A stretch of DNA of 64,000 bases from Phaeosaccion multiseriatum (lineage: Eukaryota > Protista > Ochrophyta, other classes): NCBI GenBank assembly GCA_965112735.1, contig OZ218962.1, positions 2,604,001 to 2,668,000 on the forward strand, given 5' to 3'. The notes beneath the pieces were generated by a model. It ran no database searches. It saw nothing but the letters and a program-made list of their open reading frames with translations, and was not told where the DNA came from. Shown here piece by piece: positions 12,682 through 25,198 of the stretch. Within the stretch, counting starts at the first letter, position 1. Each line of letters starts with the position of its first letter. A program made the translations under genes and the position numbers.

Positions 12682-14338
12682 GTGTATCTTTCTCTCCCTC
12701 TCTCACCCCCACTCTCCCACCCCTTCTCCTGTGCCCACCCTCTGTTACCTTTCCTTCCTTCTGGCAACACGCGTTCGTCCTCCTCCCATACACCCTCAAC
12801 ACAGGACTACGTCAACAAGAAGCTAGAGCGAACGCTGTCCAAGCTAGGCGGGGATGTGGTGAGCGCAGATGTGCACCTCATAGTCAACAAGAACCCCAGG
12901 GTGGCGGAGAAGCACGAGGCCGAGGTTGTGGTCTTTGCCAAGGTACGCACACACACACACACGCTCATAGACCCGGTCGCAAGCGCACACGTACAGGCAT
13001 TGCAGACACAGCAGTGTCCGTCGTTCTCTCTATACATCGAAGCCGCTTTGCTTCGCCATTGCTACCTGGCGCTGAACCGGCTTGTATCTCTCGCCTTCTC
13101 GTGTGTCCCTAACATCTTGTCTCGATTTCGAACCACATGGACGTTAGGGCCACGTGATCCGCGCCAAGGAGAAGAGCGAAGGCATGTATGCGTCCATAGA
13201 CCTCGTGACCGACCGCATCACGCGCAAACTCAGGCAGTACAAGGTGGGTAGAGGCATATAGGTTATGGTACCAGGCATATAGGCAGGCATGGAGGCGTCC
13301 GGAGAGGGGAGTCCTGTCCCCAGGGGTGTGCGGTGGATGGCGAGATGTGTGAGGGGGACAAGTAGAGCTTTTGCCCAGCCTACCCCCATATGTCTCCATG
13401 TCCCGTCATCTTCTCCACAACCCCCCCCCCCCCCCCCATCGTCTGACCCTCTCTTACCATCCGCTACTGCAACGCTTCTTTCTGTACCGCTACTGCCACT
13501 GCTTTTGCCACTGCCCTCTGCCACACCATCAACACCTGGCGAGTAGGAGAGAAAAACTGACAAGAGGCGAAATCGCCCTGGACTGTCCGAGACTACTGAG
13601 GAAGTGGCTGCTCAGGTGAGAGGATGAGCTCCTGCCTTGTACTCTCGATGGCCTTACGGGGTGTGCATTCGTGCGAAGGGGGGGGGGGACAAGGGGTGGT
13701 TTTATTGACTTAGAGGGGGGGGGGTTGCTTGTTTGCATTGGTACGCTTGTTCTGACCATGGTGAATACAGAGCGTACATTGTGTATGTAAGCATATCCTT
13801 TGAAAGCTACAACCGAACTGACGTGGAACCGCGAACCGAACCGAACTGAACGGCCCACGCCCACCCCACCCCACTCCACCACACACACCTACCACCTTTC
13901 ATCTTCCTCTCACCACTTTCTCTCCCTCTCTCAGGTAACTGCCGAGGCATTGGAGGAGGATGGCGACGACGGTGAATTCGTGGACGAGTACGCGGACTTC
14001 GACCCCAACCAGCAGGTGGACATGAGCGTCGTCAAGAGGAAGGAGTTCCCCATGCCCCCCCAGACCGTGGCCGACGCCGTATTGTGCCTGGTAAGGAAGG
14101 GTAGGAGAGGAGGTGTGGGGCATGTGCAAGGAGGGGCGTTGGAGGAGAGGCATGTGGTGGGAGAGGTAGAGAGAGAGGGGGAGGGAGAGAGGGAGAGGGA
14201 TGTGGGGTCGTGGGTGGGGGTAGAATAGAAGGCTGTCTTCTTGTCGGCCTTCCTCCCTACTGTCTGCCCATCTATGTTGTTCCTGTTTGCCTATCCGCCT
14301 GCCGGTCTCCCTATATGCCTGCCCTTACACCTCCTGCC

Positions 14339-14383
<45 letters not shown>

Positions 14384-14518
14384 GTCTGTCTTCCTGTCTG
14401 CCCACAGGACTACATCGACCACGACTTTTACTGTTTCCGAAACGCGGACACAGAGGAGGTGAACGTTGTGTACAAGAGGAACTCCGGGGGCGTGGGCCTC
14501 ATCCAGCCCGAGCTCTGA
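11757..14518 (+). CDS. PSRP1: Plastid-targeted ribosome hibernation factor (long HPF / plastid-specific ribosomal protein 1), 7 exons
   Basis: Signal peptide plus FAP motif ([21 protein letters not shown]|FAP). Then [98 protein letters not shown], i.e. the S30AE N- and C-terminal domains. Confidence 0.9.
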
Positions 14519-15209
14519 GGAGTGTGAGTTTGAGCTTACTGGCCCTGGATGATATTTGAATGGCCAGTGAGCACTTGTCGTGGATAGGTGGAGGAGGTGA
14601 ATGGGTCATCAAAATCCATTTTACTGCGAATGGGGGAAAGTGCTTTGGAGCGTCAGCATGCCCCGTGTATACAGCAAGAAAACACAAAAGAGAACAACAA
14701 AGAGGTGAACGAATTTATATATTATAATGGTCCGAACACTGCGAAAAGGGCACAAGGTAGTGGAGAGGGTTTGGGCCAGAGCAGGAGGAGCGGGAAGGAG
14801 GCAAGAAGGGGCAAATTACGAGACTGTGAGAAGCAGAGGGTACTTGGATTGTGGGAGAGAGATTGGCATATGCCTCAGCAGTGGAAGGGAGAGGGGTGGA
14901 TGGGGTGACATGGAGCGAAGAAGCAAGTGGAAGACAAGGGAAGGGCCACACCGTTAGGTGCCATCCACCGGACAGGTACAGGGGGAGAGCAGACCTTCAC
15001 ACTTGCACCTGCTCTTGCCAACTTTTAATTTGAAATTCGAACAACATCACCAAACCACAACTCTTCCGTGCGGCTTTGATTTTTGTCTCATTCATTCGTT
15101 ATTAGCATGGTTATTACATACTCAGCACTTCGCATGAAGAAGTCGGGTAGTGTGTATATACGTGTGTGTGCGTGTGTGCGCCCACGCGTGTGTGGTGGGG
15201 GTGGTGCAC

Positions 15210-15373
15210 TCAACCGCTTAGCTGCGAGGTTTGCATGACAGAGTTGGGGGACCGCTGTACGGCCGTCCTGCTCGACCCCACCCTCCCCCCTCCTACCGCC
15301 ACCGCTGCTGTATCACCAACTGCTGCTCCTCCTCCTGCGGCCTCGGATGCCTCTCCCATCGCCACGTCAGCCT

Positions 15374-15405
<32 letters not shown>

Positions 15406-18400
15406 AGGGCCTCCCCCCTTCCTCCACGAGCCCCTCGGTTGTTGCTCCTTAGCGCCGGCGTCCCACGCCCGGTCAGAGCCGTGGCGGGAGTGCCAGCTCC
15501 AGCTCCAGCCCCTCCTTCTGCTGCTGCACCACCTCCTCCACTGCCGCTACCACTGCCACCGCCGTGGGTTGCCATCGGAGCCGTAGACCCCGCCGCCTTG
15601 AAGGCCCCGGAGGATAGACCTGATCCGACGGAGGCACCACCACCAGCAGTAGCAGCAGCAGCAGCGGAGGAGGTGGTTGTGGAGGTGGTTTCCGAGCGGG
15701 CTCTTCTCCTCGCCTCCATGTCCTGCACAGCGGCCCACACCTCATCGGTGAGTCTGTCCTCCCCCATGGACTGTGCGTGCAGCCTTGCCAGGGTGAGCCA
15801 CAAGTGGAAGTCGTTGGTTTGGATGGAGGAGGGGTTCCGCTGCCGGGCATTCACGTAGTGCTCCTCGGCCCTTCTGCTCGCCTCCACGTCAATGGAGAAG
15901 GGGAGGTGGCGAGCGGCCGCGAGGTACATACGCAGCTTGTCCAGCAGGGGTGAGGCCCCTCCTCCTCCTTCTCCTCTTCCTTCTCCTTCTCCTTCTGCTT
16001 CTGCTTGTATTGCTGCTCCTGTCGCTCTTCCATCCAGACCGTCCGCTGTACCACCAACGGGCACGACAGGCACCACCACTGCGGTGTCCGTCATTGCCTT
16101 TTGGAACGACAGCACCACGGCGGGGTAGTTGACCTGCCAGTCGATGCTGTAGAATCCGAAGTCGTAGGGCACCGTTTGGTCCATACACACTGACCGCAGC
16201 GCGCCCAAGCTACGCACTCCGGCGGCGGTGACGGAGCCTGGAGAGAGGCATGTTTCGTCCACGATAAGCACCTGCAAGATGAAATTGGATGGAAAATGGA
16301 GAGAGGCGGAAAAGGGACAGGGATAGAGAGAGGAGGGAGAGAGAGTGAAGAGAGGGAAGAGAGAGAGAGAGAGAGGAGGGAGAGAGAGAAGAGAGAGAAG
16401 AGAGAGAGTGAAGAGAGAGGGACAATTAGGCAAGAGGAAGAGGCAATTACAAAACGCGCATAAACTGTGCGCGCCAGGCACAGCAGGGAAAGGGAGTAGA
16501 GCATGTCGGCTCCTTCCCCTTCGTACCCTCTCCCTCACACGTTCCCCTCCGGGCCATGCACGACCGCTACAGATCCCTACGAGCACAGCCTTTCTTGCGA
16601 CTGTAGGCTGACTGGGGGGGCGCCATCGACGGGAGCTGGAAGCTGAAACTGAAAGCTGACACTTCAACTTCAGACTGACTGACTGACTGACTGACTGACT
16701 GACTGACTGACTGACTGACATACTGACTGACTGACTACTGACTGACTGACTGCCCGCCTGCCTGACTGACCGTTCCATCAGCCAGCTGCAGCTCCGACGG
16801 TACGAGGCGGTTCCTGTGATAGTCCTTGTGCGGGGTGAAGCCCGTCTCCCGGCACAGCGAGGCCACGGTCACCGAGACGGTATGTCGACGAGGCACGAGG
16901 CTCGAAACCGCCTTCCCCAGGGCAGCCGTCAGCTGGGCATCTCCAGACGCTCCTCGGGCGGCTGCTGCTGCTAAGGTAGGGCCGGGGCCCAAGCCGGTCA
17001 AATTGACACTCAAACTGTAGGTTTTGGGGGAAGTAGGCAACGGGAAGAAGGGGAATGTACAAGGACGTGAGGATGTTTCCCACAATTGACAACGACCCCT
17101 CCTCCGCGCCATTCCTCGCTTCGTGTTTCCCGCCTGATCCGATACTTGGGGGTTGAGCTCTTCGACCCTCCATTGAAGAACCTCACTCCAAAACAGGAGT
17201 AAGAGATAAAAAAGCGCACACATCCACCGACGCACATACGCACGCACGCACTCACCCGCCCAGGGTGAAGGTGCCAGTCCTGGCGTACACTCTGGATAAC
17301 AACACGAGCAGCACGTACTCCGCAGCCAGGGAGTCGCCACACAGACTCTCCGACAGAAGCTGCACGCATTGGCGACGGGCCTGGTGTGGTGGTGATTCAC
17401 ACCGTCAGTGCCATGGACGAGAGAAAGAGAGAGTGAGAGCAGACAGACAGACAGACAGAGAGAGAGTTTGGGAGGCAGGCAGGGGGGGAGAGACGGGCGG
17501 CGGCATTGCAAGGGTCAAGGACTGCAGCAGGGCTATGCGCGAAGGAGCGCCGCTACGGTCAGTACAATGCTCGTGCGCAGACGAGACGCAAAATCAAGAC
17601 CAGTATAGAGGGGGGCCCAAATCGCTGTCGCATTTACCCCCTGACCCTGCCCCGGCTCCCACCTCTTCCTCTTCCCCTTCCCCTTCCCCCTTCCCCCTTC
17701 CTCTCCCCAGACCTGGGCCATGAAGGACTTGAACGGCAGCGGTCCCTGCAGTCGGTGCAACGCCGCAGCGGGGTCCTTCTCCTGGACCTGCAGTGGGTGC
17801 GCGGATGGCAGCTTGCGGAACAAGATGGCGTGCAGTCGCGGCGCCAGAGAGGAGGGCGGCAGGGCTCCATCCACTCCGTCAAACTCCTCCATCGCTGCTG
17901 CTGCTGTTGTATCACCAACTGGTGCACCTTCTGCTGCTGCCGCTGCTACCCCGTTCTTCTTGACCTGCTGCTTCTGCTGTACCGCTGCCTCCGCGGCTTT
18001 GGCGGACACAGACCCAGCAGTGCCCTCGCCCCCTTCACCACCACCAGCACCATCACCCGCTGTAGGCCTTGTTGCCCCTCCTCGTCGGAACGGGCCGCTG
18101 TGCAGCAACGCCTCATAGGCTGCTGCGGCTTCTTGCCCGTGCTGGCTGCGATACTCACTCAGCATCTGCTCCTCCTCCTGCCGGGCCAGCATGTCCGCTG
18201 CCGCCAACTCCTCCTGCCCATACGACAAAATGCCGATGAACTCAACCACATCGTTCAGCTTGCAACCTTCCCTAGCTCCTCCTCCTCCTCCTCCTCCGGC
18301 CCCGGCAACGGCCTCCTCCTTCCCGTCGTCTCCCTGCCCTTGCTCACTTTCCTGCTGGGAAAAGGCTCCGTATGTCTTCACCACACAATGCAGCTCATCG

Positions 18401-18559
18401 GAAAGCAGCTCTTGCTGAAACGCGCTTCCCCTACTGCTTGCTGCTGTATCACCAACTGTTGCGCCCCCGCGTCCGTCCTGTCCTCCTCGCCTTTGTCTCC
18501 CCACGGCTCCATCCGAAGCTGCTACCTCTTCCTGGTGAGTGTTAGTGTTAGTGTTAGTG

Positions 18560-18594
<35 letters not shown>

Positions 18595-19822
18595 AAGGAC
18601 GGGTGCAGTAGTATCAGGTTCGGCGGTCTCGTCCCTGCCTCTCTTCAAGTGCAGAGACTTGGGTGCGATCCCCAACACGGCCTCCTTCGTGCTATCGTCG
18701 CCAACCTCGCCCTCCATGATGACGTCATCGTCCTCAGTGGAGTCGAGTCCACCGCTCCTGGAGGTACCAAACTGCTGCTGCTGCTGTTGCTGTTGCTGTT
18801 GGCGGCCTTGACCCATGCAATGCAGCCCATCCCGCACCCACGGACTCTCTCCCGGCACCGGTGTGCAGTACATGGGGACTCTGCACACGAATACCAGTGT
18901 TGGCAGTGTCGGAGAGAAAAGAAAATCGAGCCAGGAAGGACAGAAGAAAGGGGGGGGTCAGTGCAACCAATGAGAACTCTTTCCCTCTTCCCCACGCGCC
19001 GCCGCCTCTTCACTCCTTATCCTCATCCTTCCTTCCCGTAAAGAGCGGAGTAATCGATCGAAGAGACTGCATCTGAAACCGAACTTGAAACAATGGCTGA
19101 AGGGGAGCCTCACGCACCTCTCCATGGTACGCGCCGCAGGGCTGTCGAAGTCCGTAGTGAAGCCCTGGCGAGCGTGTATGCAGTCTGTGTAGAGGGAAGT
19201 GGTGGGATGCCTGACACCGGTACTGTCCTCCACCTCCTCTAGAGTGCCAACGAAGTACTCGGGATCAAACACGTCCTGAAAAAGGGGGGAGCAGGGGAGG
19301 GGGGTGCGGACGGCAGAGGAAGGGAGAGGAGAGGGGATTAGGAGAGGAGAGAAGGGGAGAGGAAAGACAAAAATAGGAATCCTTACCTGCACCATTCCTC
19401 TGTATCGCACGAGGCTGTTGGGGGGAATCTCTCCTCGCTGCAGAGCTCTGCGCGTGAGGAGAGGCACGTGCTCCAGCATGGGACCTAAACGAGACACACA
19501 ATGCGTGGGAGAAAGGGGGAGAGGAAGAGACGGAAGCGAGAGAAAGGGGGACAACAGTGAGAGGGAGGGACTCTGAATCAATATTCTTCCTATACGCCCT
19601 TCAAAGAAACGAGAATACCTAAACCCACCTGACCAAAAGTCCTTATGGTCCCCCTCCTCCTCCTCCTCCTCCTCCCCCTCCTGATGCGGCTCCTGCCGCT
19701 TCCTGCCGTTCTGAAAGGATAGGGCCTTCCTAAAGGCTGCCTCTATACTTCCTATTAAGTCATCGCCTTCACGACCGTGTCCACAGCCCGCCTCCCTCTC
19801 TTCTAGGTGCTTCTCTTGCTCT

Positions 19823-19858
<36 letters not shown>

Positions 19859-19941
19859 TGCTGTTGCTCCTGTCCAAGGGATCTCTGCAGGTGTATGTCT
19901 GCAATGACCTGGAGAGGACAGCTCACGTGTGGCAGCGTCAT
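15210..19941 (-). CDS. MCMBP: Mini-chromosome maintenance complex-binding protein, multi-exon
   Basis: PNSLVRYRGMVQ|DVFDPEYFVG, YCTPVPGESPWV, CVVKTY, KLNDVVEFIGILS, PPSSLAPRLH, GDSLAAEYVLLVLLS, FTPHKDYHRNRLVPSELQLADGT, VDET, VPYDFGFY, LRMYL and FHLWLTLARL, all MCMBP-type motifs. Confidence 0.87.
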
Positions 19942-20131
19942 GGTGCGTAGTTCTTTTAATCTGGTGCGACAGCTTCAGATTTTGAAAAATCAGGATGGGT
20001 GGAATTAAAAAGTGCACCTATGGCAGCAAAAGGAGAAAAAAAAAGAAAAAAAGAAAAAAAAAAGCCCTTTGCGTGTCCCCCTCTTCCTCTCCCTTCTTTC
20101 CTTTTTCATCGAGACTCATCCTTGGAGAAGC

Positions 20132-22201
20132 ATGAGTGATACCTGCGGAGCGCGGGCCTTGAGTACTGTGGCCAGCCTTTTCCCGACACACAAGGCTCTG
20201 TGGGGATTGTGCAAGGAGGTGGACAAGCTCACGTGCCGCACTCTGGTCCTTAGCGCCGACATGCCTGGTGATGTCAAGAGGCGCATGCTCAGCATGCTGG
20301 AGGAGCAGCAGCAGAAAGACGAGGAGAAGCATCATACTGCATCTTCGTCTTCTTGGTCGGGGACTAGGCCTGCTGCTGCTGCAGATCAGGATGCGCTCGA
20401 AAGGGGGGGGAAGCGGGCAAAGGGAAGGGCACAGCGCCAGCTGCCCGAGAGCTCACAGCGCAATGAGGCTGGGCCGGGAAAGGAGAGGCGCTCATTTTGC
20501 GTGACCGCCGTGCGTCTCGGCGCCCAGAGTAGACGCAGCCCTTCTGCCCCTGAAGAGGCTCTCGTTGTCAAAGTGTTGTCCATGTTGCCACGGTCGGTGA
20601 AGGGTGTGCTCTTCTCTGACACTATCAATCAGTCTGATGTGTTGTTGCCAAGCTCGCTGGAGGAGTTGACATTCGGGAGGTACTTTAAGAGACCCGTCGC
20701 TTTCCCTTCCTCGCTGACGAAGCTTACTTTTGCTGAGGGCTCGCGGTTCAATCAGCCTGATGTGATCCTACCGAGCTCGCTGGAGGAGGTGACTTTCGGG
20801 GAGTTCTTTAACAGACCCATCGCGTTCCCTCCCTCGCTGAGGAAGCTTACTTTCGACTGGAATTCGGCGTTCAATCAGCCGGATGTGATCCTGCCGAGCT
20901 CGCTGGAGGAGGTGAAGTTCGGGAGGGCCTTTAACAGACCCATTGCTTTCCCTCCCTCGCTGAGGAAGATTACGTTTGCTGAGAACTCGCGGTTCAATCA
21001 GCCTAATGTGATCCTGCCGAGCTCGCTGGAGGAGGTGACTTTCGGGTGGGACTTTAACAGACCCGTCGCGTTCCCTCCCTCGCTGAGGAAGCTTACTTTC
21101 CTCTCGAACTCGTTGTTCAATCAGCGTGATGTGATCCTGCCGAGCTCGCTGGAGGAGGTGAGATTCGGGAGGGACTTTAACAGACCCATCGCTTTCCCTC
21201 CCTCGCTGAGGAAGCTTACTTTCCTCTCGAACTCGTGGTTCAATCAGCGTGATGTGATCCTGCCGAGCTCGCTGGAGGAGGTGGCATTCGGGAAGGACTT
21301 TGACAGACCCATCGCTTTCCCTCCCTCGCTGAGGAAGCTTGCTTTCTGCTCGGAATCGGCGTTCAATCAGTCTGATGTGATCCTGCCGAGCTCGCTGGAG
21401 GAGGTGACACTCGGGTGGCGTTTCAACAGACGCATCGCTCTCCCTCCCTCGCTGAGGAAGCTTACTTTTGATGAGTTCTCGCGGTTCAATCAGCCTGATG
21501 TGATCCGGCCGAGCTCGCTGGAGGAGGTGACATTCGGGAGGGACTTTAACAGACCCGTCGCTTTCCCTCCCTCGCTGAGGAAGCTTACTTTTGCTGTGCA
21601 ATCGTGGTTCAATCAGCGTGATGTGATCCTGCCGAGCTCGCTGGAGGAGGTGACATTCGGGCGGCGCTTCAACAGACCCATCGCTTTCCCTCCCTCGCTG
21701 AGGAAGCTCACTTTCTGCTTGGGTTCGGCGTTCAATCAGCCTGATGTGTTGTTGCCGAGCTCGCTGGAGGAGGTGACATTCGGGCGGCGCTTCAACAGAC
21801 CCATCGCTTTCCCTCCCTCGCTGAGAAAGCTTACTTTCGACTTGGATTCGGCGTTCGATCAGCCCGATGTGTTGTTGCCGAGCTCGCTGGAGGAGGTGGC
21901 ATTCGGGAGGGCCTTTAACAGACCCATCGCTTTCCCTCCCTCGCTGAGGAAGCTTACCTTCGGCAGGTATTCGTGGTTCAGTCAGCAGTTGATTCTTCCT
22001 TGTAGTGTGGAGGAGGTGGTGATGGGGCCCGGCTTTAAGCAGCCCTTGCAGCTCCCTGCGTCTCTGCGGAGGCTGACGCTGGAATTTAGCTACACCTGCC
22101 CATTGACGGACCTGCCTGCTGGCCTCCAGTATCTCAAGGTTGGGAGGCAGTGCCCGCTGCCCGCAGATCTGCCGGAGGGGCTCCGCGTGGAGTACTTTTG
22201 A
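20132..22201 (+). CDS. Intronless FNIP repeat protein, paralog 2 (11 near-identical 41-aa double repeats)
   Basis: Open frame. ATG at 20132 lies just upstream of the block that aligns with paralog 1 (ALSTVASLFP.HKALWGLCKEVD). Unit is FNQPDVILPSSLEEVTFGxx FNRPIAFPPSLRKLTFxxxSx. Confidence 0.87.
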   Translation: MSDTCGARALSTVASLFPTHKALWGLCKEVDKLTCRTLVLSADMPGDVKRRMLSMLEEQQQKDEEKHHTASSSSWSGTRPAAAADQDALERGGKRAKGRAQRQLPESSQRNEAGPGKERRSFCVTAVRLGAQSRRSPSAPEEALVVKVLSMLPRSVKGVLFSDTINQSDVLLPSSLEELTFGRYFKRPVAFPSSLTKLTFAEGSRFNQPDVILPSSLEEVTFGEFFNRPIAFPPSLRKLTFDWNSAFNQPDVILPSSLEEVKFGRAFNRPIAFPPSLRKITFAENSRFNQPNVILPSSLEEVTFGWDFNRPVAFPPSLRKLTFLSNSLFNQRDVILPSSLEEVRFGRDFNRPIAFPPSLRKLTFLSNSWFNQRDVILPSSLEEVAFGKDFDRPIAFPPSLRKLAFCSESAFNQSDVILPSSLEEVTLGWRFNRRIALPPSLRKLTFDEFSRFNQPDVIRPSSLEEVTFGRDFNRPVAFPPSLRKLTFAVQSWFNQRDVILPSSLEEVTFGRRFNRPIAFPPSLRKLTFCLGSAFNQPDVLLPSSLEEVTFGRRFNRPIAFPPSLRKLTFDLDSAFDQPDVLLPSSLEEVAFGRAFNRPIAFPPSLRKLTFGRYSWFSQQLILPCSVEEVVMGPGFKQPLQLPASLRRLTLEFSYTCPLTDLPAGLQYLKVGRQCPLPADLPEGLRVEYF
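20624..21976 (+). repeat. Coding tandem array, 11 x 123 bp
   Basis: (a/t)tcaatcag-type unit starts at 20624, 20747, 20870, 20993, 21116, 21239, 21362, 21485, 21608, 21731 and 21854. Confidence 0.92.
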
Positions 22202-22753
22202 CACAGAAGCTGTCCCGTTTTCCCGAGCCTTGCGAAGGAATCAGAAGCGGGGCAGAGTTGCGAAGGAATCAGACGCGCTCTGCAAGCCAGGAGGAGGAGA
22301 GGAGGCCCCATCCAGGTGCGTGCCAAGAGAGGCTGGTGTGCGGAGTGGCGGGGTCTGTGTAGGTACAGTGTAGGCAGGAGCTTGGGCTTGCACTCGCTCG
22401 CTGTGGGCGGTGGTGGTTAGCGGAGTCGGAGTCAGGCCTGCTGAATACAACCCCCTTCCTCTGAACTGACTCATTTCGCTGTTGCTCTCCCTGCTTGTCT
22501 GCCGGTTAGGTGGGAAGAATGCGGCCAGTCTGCCACCGGAGAAGAGGGCAGAAGGGGTCGAGACTCCGAAGAGGAGGAGCGGGAGGTGGAGGAAGTGTCG
22601 ATCGATTCGCGGGGAAGGAAGGGGGCAGGGAGGCAGGGAGGAAGGAAGGAAGGCAGAAGGGAAGGAAGGAGAGAAGGAAGGAAGGAAGGAAGGAAGGAAG
22701 GAAGAAAGAATGGAAGGGCGCAGCGAGAGGAGGGCCGGTTCGGTGTCAGAGCA

Positions 22754-22790
<37 letters not shown>

Positions 22791-23309
22791 CGACGATGAT
22801 GATATGGCACGCCACTGAGAGGGGAGGCAGGCGCCACCGAAGCCTAGGCAATGAGGAGAAGGAGGAGGAGGAGGAGCAGAAGCGGTAGATGCAGCCCGCT
22901 ACAGGTATGAGTCCCTGCTCTCTGTGCGTCTCTCTCTCGTCGCCGGTCACTTTTGGCTCAGTTCGCTCACAGCAATCACCCTCGTTATTGGAATGCCATG
23001 ATTGGAAACGCTCCCCCCCCCCCCCTATTTTAGGAACGACTCGCCCTTCTAGTGGGGGAGACGGCGAAGGCCCTACTCGACGTGTCAAGGCTTGGTGTGG
23101 AGCCGCCAGACAAGGTCAGCGGTGTAGACACGCGGGGCTGAGGGCAGGCGGGCGGGCACGACAGGGTAGGAGTGTATGGGGAGGTGAGGGGAGGGCAGGG
23201 CAGAATAGAGGTGTATGGGCAGGACAGGGTAGATGTGTATGGGCAGGGCAGGGTGGAGGTGTATGGGCAGGGCAGGCAGGGCTGCAGGGACTGGGTGCAG
23301 GGATTCAAG

Positions 23310-24392
23310 ATGGTCTACCTCCTGGTGGAGGCTGGAGCCGCCGTTGATGCCCTCACCGATGATGGTGAGAGCCCTTTGGTGTCGTGTATGCGGCCTGGAG
23401 AAGGGAAGATGGATGAGGCGTTGGGCAGTTTTAGTTCATCACCGGGAGAATGGGAGGCGCGTGAGCAGGTGGCTCGATTCCTGCTGAAGATGGGCGCTAC
23501 TGTTGACGAGAAGGTGGTGAAAGTGGCAGGAGAGGTAGGCTTCGGTGGTGTCCTTGCCTCATTCTTCCGAAAAGGAATTGTGGAGCACAACGCTGTCAAA
23601 GATAGGCTGGACACCATCGCTGACCACTTCTCGTCCGTGTCGACTGGCACTGAGAATGACACAAGCGATGCTGCAGTGCGGGTTCGACTGGTGAGTAAGC
23701 ACAGTGGCGAGAAGGGAGAGAAGCAGTACGTCTTGAGTGTCCCGTTGGTGGAGCAGCTGATGGAGAAGGTGAGGGATAGGGGAAGGGGCGGAGGGGAGAA
23801 AGAGAGAGCAGATAAATCCTTGGGTAGGGCATCAGCGGCAGGCATTCTCCCCAATATGCTTGACCCGAGGAAGCATGGCTACAAGGGCGGGGAGAAGAGC
23901 AAGGGCAAGAGCAAGGGAAAGAGCAAGGGCAAGAGGGAAATCAGCAGCGTGGAGCTGGAGTATGATGGTGTGGACTTTACCGAGGAGGGCTTTGAGGCTG
24001 TGGTGAAGTTCGTGACCACAGGCAGTGTGGAGAAACTGCTGACGAGGCAAACGGGGGCGGTAACGGCGAGAAAGAGGAGGGGGGGGAGCAGCAGCAGCCA
24101 CCGCAGTAGCAAAGGCCGTATCTCTGGAGCGGGTGGAGGCAGCGCAGAAGGCGGACTTGGAGCAGAGGGGAAGGCGGGGGAGGGGAAGCAGAGGCTTCCA
24201 GCTTTGTTCGACGAGACGAGAGCGAAGCAGGCTCTGCAGGCAGCGGAATTTTTCTCCTTAGAGGGCATGGCGAGGGAGGTAAAGACGCTGATGGGCGAGT
24301 ACGGGTTTCAGCTGGAGGGGGGGGGGGATGGAGAGAGGGAGGATAGTGTCTCTGAGCAGCCGTCGCGAAAGCGAAGAAGAAGTGAACGATAG
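23310..24392 (+). pseudogene. 5'-truncated ankyrin + BTB-like paralog (copy A): last ankyrin plus C-terminal domain only
   Basis: Similarity to 27393..29495 starts abruptly at MVYLLVEAGAAVDALTDDGESPL. Upstream is a ~24-bp gtgtatgggcagggcagg-type repeat (23155-23290) instead of the N-terminal ankyrins. It could still encode a short protein. Confidence 0.6.
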
Positions 24393-25105
24393 CCTCAGAG
24401 TCTGCTTCTTGACCTTCCCATTGAGGAAGTAGAGGTGGAGGAGGCAGACTTCTGAGGTGCGAGAAAAAACTGGAAACCTATAATGTCGCAATTTCTACAA
24501 TTGGACCGTGGCCAGCCTCCAGCGGCCCCTCATACCACTGCGCCCTCCCTCCCCCCTCGCTTCCCGGTGGGGCTCTGGAAGCAGCGTGCCCCCTCCCTGA
24601 CCATCGACCATATGACCCTACCTCCCGCAGCCGGCGGCCGTGCCAAAGCAATGCATGCCCCGTACAGCGTGCCTCAGCCACAGCCTCTCCTCTCCTCTCC
24701 TCTCCTCTCCGGCCGCTCGCTTTGAGTGGCGTACGCTGCGGCCTTGCGCCTGGGGTGTGCTGCGGGCACATGTGCTTGGAGTGTACACACACAAGCTCCA
24801 CCAAGAGAACCTTCCCACACACGCACGCACGCACACACACACACATGTACTACTGCTCCCCTGCCCCTGCTGCTGCTACGTTTCCCCCTCTCTAGCCAGC
24901 AGCATCCCCGCCACCAGTCCTCAAGCCTGTCGCAGCTATATCCTCAAGCCCTTCGCAGCTACAGAGAAGCGGCCGCTCTCTTCCACAAGGCCGGCAAGAG
25001 AAGAGACACCCCCCCCCCTCAACATAGTGCATCGCAGGTCACAAGCGTTCGGCTCTCACGAAATTGGGGGAGGGCTCTCTTCCTAAACCCCCATGTCCAC
25101 CTCTC
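24393..25105. repeat. 3'-flank segment duplicated in inverted orientation at 40473-41104
   Basis: Near-identical sequence; the track gives matching spurious ORFs (24483..24725 + vs 40376..41077 -, MSQFLQLDRGQPPAAP...). Confidence 0.9.
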
Positions 25106-25198
25106 TCTTCTCTCCTTCATACAAGAAGATAAGTACAATGTACACTCAATCAAACATACATGATCTGTCCTCACCATCCCCCCCCTGCGCTGAGACAA

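Noticed and set aside
17506-19041. 511-aa plus-strand ORF and many similar GC-rich or poly-amino-acid ORFs
   Set aside because: Antisense or off-frame shadows of real exons (here MCMBP) and of triplet microsatellites.
20768-22204. 478-aa antisense ORF over FNIP paralog 2
   Set aside because: Shadow of the tandem coding repeat, with no independent protein features.
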